From Clostridium sp. CAG:448 (GTDB lineage Bacteria; Bacillota; Clostridia; Oscillospirales; CAG-272): DNA of 43,900 nt. This document shows, in pieces, positions 1-9,427 of this stretch. Both the position numbers and the translations under genes were made by a program. How positions within the stretch are numbered: the first letter of the stretch is position 1; each line of letters starts with the position of its first letter. Where the stretch lies: positions 1 through 43,900 of the forward strand of contig FR890455.1 of the NCBI GenBank assembly GCA_000433415.1, written 5' to 3'. The notes beneath the pieces were generated by a model that worked only from the letters and a program-made list of their open reading frames with translations, did no database searches and was not told the DNA's origin.

Positions 1-2499
1 CGCCCGCAACCGCAGAGTGCGCAGAGCCTGCAAAATCTTCTGAATCAGCAAAGAATGGCAGCACAGCAGAGCGGTAAACCGATGCCTGCCCCCGTGCCGC
101 CAAAGGCGCCGGTACAGCCGGTGCGCCCGGTCGGACAGCGTCCTGCGGCATCCGCACAGGGCAATGCCGGTAACAGCATGCAGCGCCAGACGCCCGCAGG
201 AAACAGAGCGCCTCAATCTCAGCAGCAATCGCAGAGACCGCAGGGGGGCAATGCGCAGCAGTCCGGTCGTTATCAGAACCCCTTCTCCGGGGCGCAGAAC
301 CGTCCGCAAAACGGCGGAAACCGCACGCAGGGAGGCGCGCAGGGACGTCCGAACGGTCAGAACCGTCCGCAGAACGGCGGGCGTGACCGCGGCGGAATGG
401 GGATGGATAAGGACTATGTACCGAATACGCCCAGAGAGCATTTCCAGCCGCAGCCGATTGTTCGCGCGCAGACACCCAAGGGGGGCGACGGACAGAACAA
501 GCAGCGGGGTGCCGTCCGCGTGGTGGACACCCGTTCCAATGCGGTGGATCTGTCCAAGTACGATGAGAAATTAGATACTTTCGATAATGTAGCCGACAGC
601 GCTTCTTCCAAGCCGGAAGCATCGCGCGTCAAGAAGCCGACAGCCGCAACACGTCAGCAACCGGGCGGAAAGGGAAATCCGTTTGCCGGCAAGACCAACA
701 ATCAGCGCGGCGGAAAGAAACAGCAGGCGCCTATCAAGAAGGCTCCGCTGAATGTGCAGATTCCGGATGAAATTGTGGTCAGTGACCTTGCCGCAAGGCT
801 CAAAGTGACCGCAGGTGAAGTGGTCAAGCGCCTGATGATGATGGGCGTCATGGCAACACTGAATCAGACGGTGGACTATGACACCGCAGCGCTTGTTGCG
901 GAAGAACTGGGCGCGATTCCGTCCAAGGAAGTGGTTGTTACCATTGAAGAGAAGCTGTTCGGCGGCGAAGAAGAGAATCAGGATAAGCCGGAGGATTTGG
1001 TGGAGCGTGCCCCGGTCGTCTGTGTTATGGGACATGTTGACCACGGTAAAACCTCGCTTCTGGATGCCATCCGCCATACCAACGTGACCACGGGTGAGGC
1101 AGGCGGTATCACACAGCATATCGGTGCATACCGTGTCAAGGTCAAGGGACGTGACATCACGTTCTTGGATACGCCCGGACATGAAGCGTTTACCGCTATG
1201 CGTGCAAGAGGCGCGCAGGCAACGGATATTGCTATTCTGGTGGTTGCTGCAGACGACGGTATTATGCCGCAGACGGTGGAAGCCATCAACCATGCAAAGG
1301 CTGCCGGCATTGACATTGTTGTTGCCATCAATAAGATGGATAAACCTGCGGCTAACCCGGAAAATGTCAAGCAGGAGCTGACCAAGTATGATCTTGTTCC
1401 GGAAGAATGGGGCGGAGATGTCATCTGCGTGCCCGTTTCCGCCGTGACCAAACAGGGCATTGACGATTTGTTGGAATCCGTTCTGCTGGTTGCGGACATC
1501 AAGGAACTGAAGGCTAATCCGAACCGCCGCGCCAAAGGCGTTGTCATTGAGGCAAAGCTGGATCGCGGCAGAGGACCGGTTGCGACCATTCTCGTGCAGA
1601 ACGGTACGTTGCACCCCGGTGATATTGTCATTGCCGGCACCGCCGTGGGAAGAGTCCGTGCGATGACCGATTATATGGGCAGGGCGCTCAAGGCGGCAGG
1701 TCCCTCTGTTCCGGTCGAAATCACGGGATTGGATGCGGTTCCGACTGCCGGAGATGAGTTCAATGCGGTAGAAGACGAGCGTATGGCAAGAGAGCTTGCC
1801 GACCGTCGCCGTACCAGCGCTAAGGAAGAAAACTTCCGGATCAATGCGCGCGCAAGCCTGAACGATTTGTTTGCACAGATTTCCGAGGGCGTCAAGACGC
1901 TGAACGTCATTGTCAAGGCGGATGTTGACGGTTCTGCGGAGGCAGTCAAAGCGTCGCTCTCCAAGCTTGCAAACGAAGAGGTCAAGGTCAATGTTATTCA
2001 TGCCGCCGCCGGTGGTATTACCGAGGGCGATGTGATGTTTGCCGCTGCGTCGAATGCGATTATTGTCGGGTTCAACACCCGTCCGGATAAGCAGGCATTG
2101 GATTCCGCGGAGCGTCAGGGCGTTGAAATCCGGACCTACCGTGTCATTTATGAGTGCATTGAGGAGATTACCGCCGCGATGAAGGGAATGCTTGCGCCCA
2201 AGTACCGCGAAGTTTTGCTTGGACATGTCGAGGTGCGGCAGATTTTCAAGATTTCCAAAGTGGGTACCATCGCAGGTTCTTATGTACAGGACGGCAAAGT
2301 GACGAGGAATTCCAAAATTCGTATTGTCCGCGACGGCATTGTGATATTTGAGGACGAGATTGCATCCCTGCGCCGTGAGAAGGACGACGTCAAGGAAGTT
2401 GCCGCAGGCTATGAATGCGGTATCGGACTGGAGAAATATAACGACATCAAGCTCGGAGACATTCTGGAAGCATATGTAATGGAAGAAATCAAACAGTAA
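1..2499 (+). CDS. infB: Translation initiation factor IF-2. The frame is open to base 1, so the true start may lie upstream of the window; the first in-window ATG is at 55.
   Basis: GTPase motifs [20 protein letters not shown] and NKMD are present. The N-terminus is Q/G/N/R/P-rich and low-complexity, as is typical of IF-2. No stop occurs in this frame between base 1 and 55. Confidence 0.95.
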   Translation, partial: RPQPQSAQSLQNLLNQQRMAAQQSGKPMPAPVPPKAPVQPVRPVGQRPAASAQGNAGNSMQRQTPAGNRAPQSQQQSQRPQGGNAQQSGRYQNPFSGAQNRPQNGGNRTQGGAQGRPNGQNRPQNGGRDRGGMGMDKDYVPNTPREHFQPQPIVRAQTPKGGDGQNKQRGAVRVVDTRSNAVDLSKYDEKLDTFDNVADSASSKPEASRVKKPTAATRQQPGGKGNPFAGKTNNQRGGKKQQAPIKKAPLNVQIPDEIVVSDLAARLKVTAGEVVKRLMMMGVMATLNQTVDYDTAALVAEELGAIPSKEVVVTIEEKLFGGEEENQDKPEDLVERAPVVCVMGHVDHGKTSLLDAIRHTNVTTGEAGGITQHIGAYRVKVKGRDITFLDTPGHEAFTAMRARGAQATDIAILVVAADDGIMPQTVEAINHAKAAGIDIVVAINKMDKPAANPENVKQELTKYDLVPEEWGGDVICVPVSAVTKQGIDDLLESVLLVADIKELKANPNRRAKGVVIEAKLDRGRGPVATILVQNGTLHPGDIVIAGTAVGRVRAMTDYMGRALKAAGPSVPVEITGLDAVPTAGDEFNAVEDERMARELADRRRTSAKEENFRINARASLNDLFAQISEGVKTLNVIVKADVDGSAEAVKASLSKLANEEVKVNVIHAAAGGITEGDVMFAAASNAIIVGFNTRPDKQALDSAERQGVEIRTYRVIYECIEEITAAMKGMLAPKYREVLLGHVEVRQIFKISKVGTIAGSYVQDGKVTRNSKIRIVRDGIVIFEDEIASLRREKDDVKEVAAGYECGIGLEKYNDIKLGDILEAYVMEEIKQ

Positions 2500-2611
2500 A
2501 ATGAAAAGGATGCCGGGCAAGCAAAGCGATTCGCGTCAAGCGGGGCGGTTTGCGCGGTATCCTTTTTGCGCAGTTGTATCTTTTCGCACAGGGAAGGAGG
2601 AGTGCATTTTT

Positions 2612-3331
2612 ATGGCATGGGAAGCATTGCAGAATCTGATTGACCGTTCTTCCCGGATTGTCTTTTTCGGCGGTGCCGGTGTTTCGACCGAAAGCGGGGT
2701 GCCGGATTTTCGCAGCACGGACGGGCTTTATCATCAACAATTCCGCTATCCGCCGGAAACCATTCTGTCCCACAGCTTTTTCATGGCACATACGGAAGAA
2801 TTTTATGACTTCTACCGTGAAAAACTGTTGATTGAGAACGCGCTTCCCAACCCCGCGCACCGAAAGCTGGCGGAACTGGAGCGTGCCGGAAAAATGACCG
2901 GCGTGGTCACACAGAACATTGACGGGCTGCATACGCTGGCAGGATCGGAGCGCGTGTTTGAACTGCACGGCTCGGTTCATCGGAATTACTGTATGCGGTG
3001 CGGCAGGTTTTACCCGCGCGCCTATATTGCGGAGACGGTTGGCGTTCCACGCTGTTCCTGCGGCGGCATTGTGAAGCCGGATGTGGTTTTGTATGAGGAG
3101 CCCTTGAATGACCGGGTGGTCGCCGGCGCGGTGGATGCAATCCGCCGTGCGGATCTGATGATCATCGGCGGAACTTCCCTTGCGGTTTATCCGGCGGCAG
3201 GGTTGATACGCTGTTTTGGCGGGCAGGATCTGGTACTGATCAACCGTGACCCGACGGGGGCGGACGATGAAGCATCCTTGATTATCCGCGAGCCGATCGG
3301 GCAGGTGCTCGGCAGTATGCGGATTGAGTAA
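2612..3331 (+). CDS. cobB: NAD-dependent protein deacylase, Sir2/sirtuin family
   Basis: Motifs GAGVSTESGVPDFRS and QNIDGLH are present, with a Cys4 zinc site (CMRCG...CSCGG). The ATG at 2612 is preceded by GGAAGGAGG (2592-2600). The track ORF from 2501 looks like a non-coding upstream extension. Confidence 0.9.
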   Translation: MAWEALQNLIDRSSRIVFFGGAGVSTESGVPDFRSTDGLYHQQFRYPPETILSHSFFMAHTEEFYDFYREKLLIENALPNPAHRKLAELERAGKMTGVVTQNIDGLHTLAGSERVFELHGSVHRNYCMRCGRFYPRAYIAETVGVPRCSCGGIVKPDVVLYEEPLNDRVVAGAVDAIRRADLMIIGGTSLAVYPAAGLIRCFGGQDLVLINRDPTGADDEASLIIREPIGQVLGSMRIE

Positions 3332-3419
3332 GACGAAAAACGGAATCGAAATCCGGCGGGGATCGGCGTTCACCGCCGCGGACGGAGAAAAATGCGGAGT
3401 AGAAAGTAAAACAGTGAAG

Positions 3420-4004
3420 ATGGAGATGTCAAAAGAACCGAAAAACAAAGACGGAAAGGAACGGCAGGATGACCTGACGCATGAAAAATCGTGTGGTGCG
3501 TTGGTGTTCCGACGCGAAGCGGGCACGGGAACTTATTATATTCTGATGATACGGCACCGGCGCGGCGGATACCGTTCTTTCCCAAAGGGACATATGGAAG
3601 CGGGAGAAAGCGAACGGCAGACGGCGGTACGGGAAGTGATGGAGGAAACATCGGTCCGGATCCGGATCCGGTCCCCTTTCAGACAGCGGATTCGCTACAG
3701 CCCAACCCCCGGGGTTTCCAAAGACGTAATCTATTTTCTTGCCCGTACCGAAAATCCGGAGATTCATGCGCGGGAGGGCGAGATTGCGGAAGTGGAGTGG
3801 ATTCCTGTCCGCGGCGCCGAACACAAGCTGAGCCATGCAAACGATCGGGCGGTTTTCAGAGCCGCTTTGCGCGCTTTGCGCCGGGAGCTCCGGCGGGAGC
3901 GCGATCCTGCATCGGTGCACCCCACCGGGGAATCTGCGGCGGAATCGAAAGATGAAGCCAAGCAGGACCGGAAGGAACCTGCGGGGGAAGAGGGAGATAA
4001 GTGA
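3420..4004 (+). CDS. NUDIX hydrolase; start uncertain, since the open frame begins at a TTG at 3324
   Basis: The Nudix box GHMEAGESERQTAVREVMEETSV fits GX5EX7REUXEEXGU. The C-terminal tail is charged and low-complexity. No strong RBS precedes any candidate start. Confidence 0.8.
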   Translation: MEMSKEPKNKDGKERQDDLTHEKSCGALVFRREAGTGTYYILMIRHRRGGYRSFPKGHMEAGESERQTAVREVMEETSVRIRIRSPFRQRIRYSPTPGVSKDVIYFLARTENPEIHAREGEIAEVEWIPVRGAEHKLSHANDRAVFRAALRALRRELRRERDPASVHPTGESAAESKDEAKQDRKEPAGEEGDK

Positions 4005-4225
4005 GGTTTCCGCTTCGCCTTTCCGAATGTAATATTTTTGCCTGCCCTGTACGATGCGGTTCACGAAAGGGGCGGGCTTTTCTTTCGCCGAAAATTCTTT
4101 TCTCGGATTTTTTCCTGCGCATGAATAATCTGCGTAAGATGGGCAAGAATACTAACGTACCTAAAAATTGCCGGACAGTCCGGCACGACACAGGACGAAT
4201 CTTCGGAAGAAAAAGGAGAAAAATT

Positions 4226-4999
4226 ATGTGGCAGAAATTCAAAACCAAGTGTAAAGCGTTCTTTACCAACCGCGCCGCGATCGTTGTGATGGTGATTATT
4301 CTGGTCACCCTCAGCGTGATCCTGGCAGTGACCTTCGCAATGAACCGCGCAAAGAAGACAGACAAACCCGCTCCGACACCGGACGGTACCACCCAGCCCG
4401 CCGACACCAAGGCGAATGCGGACGGCAGTGAACAGGGCGAAATTCCGATCTATAACGATAAGCCCGGTACCGAAGACGATCTCAAGGACAAACCCTCCGA
4501 CCCTGCATACCTGCTGCCCGTATCCGGCACGCTCTCCAAGGAACATGACGCCGGTGTTCAGGTCTGGTCCGCTACGATGGGGGACTACCGCGTGCACCTC
4601 GGCATTGATATTGCCTCCGAAAAAGATGCGCCGGTCCTTGCAACAGCCGCCGGTGTGGTGTCCAAAATCTGGAATGACCCGTTGATGGGTGTTTGCGTTG
4701 CGTTGGAACACGAGAACAATGTCTGCTCGATTTATAAGAATCTGGGCGCAAACCTTTCCGCCGGTATTTCCGAAGGAAAGAGTGTCAAAGCCGGACAGCA
4801 GATCGGCGTTGTAGGCGAGACGGCAAACGTTGAGCTTGCAGAAGAGCCGCACCTCCACTTTGAAATGACTGCAAACGGTCTTTCCGTGGATCCGTTGAAT
4901 TATTTCAGCAAAGACGCAGTGCAGACCCTTTCAACCGATACCGCTTATGAGGACAATACTGTCAAGGAGCCGGTGTCCACTGACAAAAAGGGAAAGTAA
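4226..4999 (+). CDS. Membrane-anchored M23 (LytM-type) metallopeptidase
   Basis: The M23 zinc motifs HLGIDI and HLHFEM are present, with an N-terminal TM helix (AAIVVMVIILVTLSVILAV). The ATG at 4226 is preceded by AAAGGAG (4212-4218). The track ORF from 4001 is an upstream extension. Confidence 0.85.
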   Translation: MWQKFKTKCKAFFTNRAAIVVMVIILVTLSVILAVTFAMNRAKKTDKPAPTPDGTTQPADTKANADGSEQGEIPIYNDKPGTEDDLKDKPSDPAYLLPVSGTLSKEHDAGVQVWSATMGDYRVHLGIDIASEKDAPVLATAAGVVSKIWNDPLMGVCVALEHENNVCSIYKNLGANLSAGISEGKSVKAGQQIGVVGETANVELAEEPHLHFEMTANGLSVDPLNYFSKDAVQTLSTDTAYEDNTVKEPVSTDKKGK

Positions 5000-5010
5000 T
5001 TTTTCGATTC

Positions 5011-5048
5011 GGCACGACCGTCCGTCTTTCGGACGGCCGTGCTTTTAT
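5011..5048 (+). terminator. Rho-independent terminator after the M23 peptidase gene
   Basis: GC-rich hairpin GCACGACCGTCCG/CGGACGGCCGTGC followed by TTTTAT. Confidence 0.7.
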
Positions 5049-5546
5049 GTATGGTTTTTTGAATTTGTTTGCTATTAACAAATGGTTGAAAAAGAAACAC
5101 CGGAGGAATTTCAAAATTGAATTTAATGCCTGAATGCGGATACGGGAGAGCGATATAGGAATATTATATTGTCCGCTATAGCCTGTGTATATAAGATAAA
5201 AATAATCGATTTATATTACTTAAAAAATGAAAATATAAAACGAGCAGAACTAACGCGCAGAAAGGCGGAATTTGTCGGATGAAAATGCAACCGCAGGAAA
5301 TAAAAATGCAAAAGCGGAAAGATTTGAGTACCAACCGGATGAAAACAAATACCTTTGTGAATAATATTCGCCGAAATATGAATATTTTGCAAAAATTGAC
5401 GTTGTAATCACTATTTATACACATAATATTCACTCTTGATGCGTTGTACGTTTTCTCTTGGCTTAAACGATGATGTCATATTACACAACGCAAGGCAGGA
5501 AACAGCTTTCTGAATGGGCTATAAAGTAGAAAATCACGGCAGGGTA

Positions 5547-5575
5547 TTGCAAAGAGATCGGCTGTGTGCTATAAT
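5547..5575 (+). promoter_or_regulatory. Candidate sigma-A promoter (distal, P1)
   Basis: TTGCAA (5547-5552), a 17-nt spacer, then TATAAT (5570-5575). It lies about 360 nt upstream of the binding-protein ATG. Confidence 0.45.
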
Positions 5576-5778
5576 TTACAGCATCAAAGCAGTGACCGTT
5601 TTGCATGAACTTTTTTGAAAGTTGCAAAATGCCCGCCTGGAGCGTGCGCCCGGTCCTGTTTTGGATCGGATCCTGTCTGCGCTGTGGAAGGCGCAAATAG
5701 GGGAGCGAGAGCCGCGTGCTTTTGTGGAATATTTTTTGAATATTGTGCAAAATGTGCGAATGTTTGTTGTTTTTGCCG

Positions 5779-5807
5779 TTGACAGCACGGATGTGATATG
5801 GTATAAT
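5779..5807 (+). promoter_or_regulatory. Candidate sigma-A promoter (proximal, P2) of the Opp-like operon
   Basis: TTGACA (5779-5784), a 17-nt spacer, then TGgTATAAT (extended -10, TATAAT at 5802-5807). It lies about 120 nt upstream of the ATG at 5936. Confidence 0.6.
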
Positions 5808-5935
5808 AACAGAAAGGCTTTGTTCCCGCATGCGCAGTGAACTGCAGAGAAAGGGTTCGGGCAAAAAATAAAGGAAATATACTGGCGCACAGTTACTGCA
5901 CGCCGCTATATAATTTTTGAATGGAGGAATCCGCA

Positions 5936-8230
5936 ATGAAAAAATTCAGATTACTTGCACTTGTGCTGGCACTTCTGATGGTTGTTCCGTTTGTTGCATC
6001 CTGCACGGACAAAAAGGATGACAACACAACAACTGCAGCTGACAGCAAGGGCACCGAGACCGGTGACACAACGTCTGCCGGTGATAAGGTGAAGGGTGAT
6101 ATCGATCCCGCGGATGCAGTGGACCACAAGGACTTTACATCCGTCTATGAAAAGATCGGCTCCAAAGTTACCATTGATATGGTTACTGAGGACGAAGAGG
6201 GCCTGGCTTGGGTTACTGTCGAGGGTGTCAAGTACGAGCTCGGCATGGACTTTTTGTCCATGGCAATGGTTTACAGAACCGATGTTCCTGCAAACAGCGA
6301 GAAGTACAAGACCGCCGATGACGTTTACAACGAATGGTGGAAGCTCTACATCCAGAGATGGAACTACCTGGTTCCCGAAATTCCGCTTTATTCCAACCAG
6401 TACTTTGATCTCTACAACGCAAAGATCGAGGGACTTGTAACGACTCCTTACTGGGGGCCCGCAGATGCGATCGTCGCTGCGAAGGTTACGACCGCTGATA
6501 ACAGCGTAATCCTCGGTAGTTCAACTGACCTGTCCGGTTCGTTCCGTAACTCATCCTGGGGCAAGTCCAACCCCGGTTCTTCTGACTTGGATATCCAGAA
6601 TCTGACCACCGGTTATTCCATCATCATGGCCAGCAAGGACGGTAACTACAGTTGGAACGAGGGTGTTGTTGACGGTACGCCTGCTTCCAAGGTCAACGAA
6701 GACGGCACGCTTACCTTCACCATCAAGATCAAGAAGGATCTGAAGTTCAGCGACAATTCCGCAATCAACGCAAAGAACTATATTGCGGCACTGCTGTCCA
6801 ACTCCACTCCTGTCGGTGCGGCTGCAGGCGGTAGCGGTACTGCGGGTCAGACTGTTGTTGGCTTTGCTGAGTTCAGTGCTTATGACGGCACGAACGACGG
6901 CAAGGAAGTCGGCGACAAGAACAAAGTGACCGCAACGAAGTTCTTCAAGGGCGTTCAGTTGCTGGATGATTACACCTTCGCTGTGACCTATACTTCCGAT
7001 TATGCAGGTTACTACTACTCCATTGTCAATGCAGGCTTCTCTCCTGACCCGCTACCGCTCTACCTCGGCTCCGAGGGTGCGATCGTTGTCGATGAGGCAA
7101 CCAAGGCTTGCGGTCTGAACGATGCATTCTATGCAAAAGTGACCGAGAACGGCGCGGAAACCTACAAGGTTGCCGGCGAGATCGTTGCAAACATGAAGTG
7201 GAATTCTGCACTGCCTTATTCCGGTCCTTATGTGGTCAGCAACTATGATGACAATACCCACACCGCTACCCTGAAGCTCAACCCCGTATATCCCGGTGAC
7301 AGCTTCCGCGGCAAAGCTTCCATCGCAACCATTACCTACGTCAAGTTGGTAGATGAAACCCAGATGGATATGTTCAAGCAGGGTCAGGTTGACGTGATTG
7401 CCGGTATCACCGGTGGTGACGCTACCAAGGCTGCTCTGAAGATCGTAAATGACAATCCCGACAAGTATAAGGAAACACACTACGACCGTGCCGGCTACGG
7501 TAAGCTCGGCTTCCGTTGCGACTTCGGTTCGACCTCCTTTGCTTCTGTCCGTCGTGCTATTATGCTCACCATTAACCGCAATGAGTTCGCACAGACCTTC
7601 ACCGGCGGTTACGGCAGCGTTGTTCACGGCCCGTATTATGAAGGTTCCGCTGCTTACAAGGCTGTAAAGGATACCATTAAGCTGAATGTTTACACCTACA
7701 GCGTGCAGAGCGCAATTGACGAACTGGTTGATGGCGGTTGGATCTACAATGAAAAGGGTGAAAAGTTTGATGCTGCCAAGGATACTGTCCGTTACAAGAA
7801 GCTGAGCGGCTATGAGCTGAGCTCCGATAACCTCAAGTTCAAGTCCACGGACGGCAAGTACAGTGTGATTAAACTGGACGGTGAGTACTATATGCCTCTG
7901 GTTGTCAACTGGTATGGCACACAGCCCAACGCCGTAACCGATCAGCTGGTTACCGCATGGCAGACTGCCAAGGCTGCGAAGGACATCGGTATGTATATCA
8001 CCTACACCTCTACGGAATTCAACCCCGGTATCTACGGTGAGTTGTATCGCATGGAGGAGAATGGTTATGACGGCACACCGAAGCTGAATGCGATTAACTT
8101 CGCTACCGGTTTCACCAGCGCAGTTTATGACTACGCCTTCAACTGGACGCTGAACCAGAATATGTACAACGATTACAACTCCGCACACCTGATGGATGAG
8201 GCTGACTTCTACGAGAAATATACCAAATAA
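5936..8230 (+). CDS. ABC transporter substrate-binding lipoprotein, family 5 (Opp/Dpp/Nik type), unusually large at 764 aa
   Basis: Lipoprotein signal MKKFRLLALVLALLMVVPFVASC, then a T/D/G/K-rich linker. The family-5-like core includes TFTIKIKKDLKFSDNSAINAKNY. RBS GGAGGAA lies at 5923-5929. The gene sits directly upstream of OppBCDF-type genes. Confidence 0.85.
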   Translation: MKKFRLLALVLALLMVVPFVASCTDKKDDNTTTAADSKGTETGDTTSAGDKVKGDIDPADAVDHKDFTSVYEKIGSKVTIDMVTEDEEGLAWVTVEGVKYELGMDFLSMAMVYRTDVPANSEKYKTADDVYNEWWKLYIQRWNYLVPEIPLYSNQYFDLYNAKIEGLVTTPYWGPADAIVAAKVTTADNSVILGSSTDLSGSFRNSSWGKSNPGSSDLDIQNLTTGYSIIMASKDGNYSWNEGVVDGTPASKVNEDGTLTFTIKIKKDLKFSDNSAINAKNYIAALLSNSTPVGAAAGGSGTAGQTVVGFAEFSAYDGTNDGKEVGDKNKVTATKFFKGVQLLDDYTFAVTYTSDYAGYYYSIVNAGFSPDPLPLYLGSEGAIVVDEATKACGLNDAFYAKVTENGAETYKVAGEIVANMKWNSALPYSGPYVVSNYDDNTHTATLKLNPVYPGDSFRGKASIATITYVKLVDETQMDMFKQGQVDVIAGITGGDATKAALKIVNDNPDKYKETHYDRAGYGKLGFRCDFGSTSFASVRRAIMLTINRNEFAQTFTGGYGSVVHGPYYEGSAAYKAVKDTIKLNVYTYSVQSAIDELVDGGWIYNEKGEKFDAAKDTVRYKKLSGYELSSDNLKFKSTDGKYSVIKLDGEYYMPLVVNWYGTQPNAVTDQLVTAWQTAKAAKDIGMYITYTSTEFNPGIYGELYRMEENGYDGTPKLNAINFATGFTSAVYDYAFNWTLNQNMYNDYNSAHLMDEADFYEKYTK

Positions 8231-8295
8231 TCATTTATCGGAAGTCGTCTGACCAAGATAAATCCCGATCGGCGCGGCTGATCAAAGCATAAACG

Positions 8296-8326
8296 GCAGA
8301 AGCGGCAAATCATTTGCCGCTTCTGC
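8296..8326 (+). terminator. Intra-operon stem-loop (partial terminator or mRNA stabiliser) between the binding-protein and permease genes
   Basis: Perfect 12-bp stem GCAGAAGCGGCA/TGCCGCTTCTGC with a 7-nt loop. No U-run follows, so attenuation or processing is more likely than full termination. Confidence 0.5.
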
Positions 8327-8386
8327 TCAATTGGTGTATATGCGTATGTGTAAATACCAGGCAAAAAAATTGTTGGGGGAGTTCCT

Positions 8387-9409
8387 ATGGGAAAATACAT
8401 ACTGAAACGATTGCTATACATAGTGCTTGTATTTCTGATATTGTCTTTTTTGATGTATCTGATTTACAATATGCTGCCGGTCGATAAAGCCGCTGCGAAA
8501 GCAAGTGAAGAAGTAAAACTGAGCAAGGGCAAATTGGATTACGATGAGCGATATGCATTCTGGCAGAAGCGTTACGGAACAGACGGAAACCTGATGGAAC
8601 GCTACGGTCGCTGGATCGGCGTTTATCCGTACTCTGACGGGTCTTTCAACGGCATGTTGCAGGGAAATTTGGGCGAATCCTCGGAAAAAGGATTGCCCGT
8701 GACCGAATTGCTCAAAGAGCCGATGAAGAATACGGTGTTCATCAATATTTTTGCAACCATTCTGGCACTGGGAATCACGATTCCTTTGGGCATTTTCTGT
8801 GCGGTCAAACGTGGATCGCGCCGCGATGTTGCCGTACAGATCGGCACCATTGTCGGTTATAGTTTACCTACATTTATTATTGCAATTGTCTTTATCTGGC
8901 TGTTTGCCGTTGTACTCGGCTGGTTCCCTGTCGCAGGGATGCAGACCGCCGGATATACGGAGTGGTCACCGATGCGTCAGTTCTGGGACAGAATGTACCA
9001 TTACGCACTGCCGCTGATCATTATGACTTTCTGCTCTTTGGGCGGAATGACCCGGTATGTACGTGCCTCCATGATTGAAGCGCTCAACATGGATTGCATC
9101 CGTACCGCACGCGCCAAAGGCTTGCGTGAGAAGGTCGTTATTTATACACACGCATGGAGAAATGCGCTGATTCCGATCGTGACGCTTGTCATCGGTTGGT
9201 TCCTTGGCATTTTTTCCGGTTCTTTGATGATCGAAAATATCTTTGCTTTGAACGGTGTCGGTAAGATGTACTACACTGCGCTGACGACCAATGACAACGA
9301 AGTTGTGTTGGCGTTGCAGATGTTCTATGTCCTGCTCGGCTTGTTGGGCAACCTGATTATAGATATCACATACGGATTCGTCGACCCGCGTATCCGTGTC
9401 AACAAATAA
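8387..9409 (+). CDS. ABC transporter permease, OppB/DppB type
   Basis: The N-terminus MGKYILKRLLYIVLVFLI is typical, and the protein is polytopic with a BPD_transp_1-like core (RTARAKGL motif). Confidence 0.9.
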   Translation: MGKYILKRLLYIVLVFLILSFLMYLIYNMLPVDKAAAKASEEVKLSKGKLDYDERYAFWQKRYGTDGNLMERYGRWIGVYPYSDGSFNGMLQGNLGESSEKGLPVTELLKEPMKNTVFINIFATILALGITIPLGIFCAVKRGSRRDVAVQIGTIVGYSLPTFIIAIVFIWLFAVVLGWFPVAGMQTAGYTEWSPMRQFWDRMYHYALPLIIMTFCSLGGMTRYVRASMIEALNMDCIRTARAKGLREKVVIYTHAWRNALIPIVTLVIGWFLGIFSGSLMIENIFALNGVGKMYYTALTTNDNEVVLALQMFYVLLGLLGNLIIDITYGFVDPRIRVNK

Positions 9410-9427
9410 GAAAAGGAGGATTGAAAG

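Noticed and set aside
571-2520. A 649-aa ORF antisense to infB. Similar long antisense ORFs occur at 7052..8188, 8966..9928, 12734..13666, 16455..17285 and 36706..38073.
   Set aside because: I checked 571..2520, 7052..8188, 8966..9928, 12734..13666 and 36706..38073, and all are codon-aligned with the well-supported sense gene. All have junk-like composition. 16455..17285 was not checked for register and is rejected on composition and its overlap with the sense gene. Same explanation as above.
2501-2611. Upstream extensions of track ORFs: 2501 for the sirtuin, 4001 for the M23 peptidase, 5921 for the binding protein, 18957 for the giant binding protein, 31667 for the permease, 17744 for the methyltransferase, 40176 for the XRE gene and 40256 for the Zn-ribbon protein
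   Set aside because: In most of these cases an internal start with a clear GGAGG-type RBS coincides with the beginning of the recognisable domain or signal peptide (for 40256 the RBS spacing is long). The upstream parts are Arg/Cys-rich and overlap terminators or promoters.
5176-5433. An 85-aa minus-strand ORF, and a 43-codon plus-strand ORF (5279-5410, MKMQPQEIKMQKRKDL...), in the AT-rich spacer
   Set aside because: Their composition is simply that of AT-rich DNA (F/I/L/K/N-rich). There is no convincing RBS, no signal peptide and no recognisable motif. The 43-aa ORF cannot be excluded as a small peptide but has no support.
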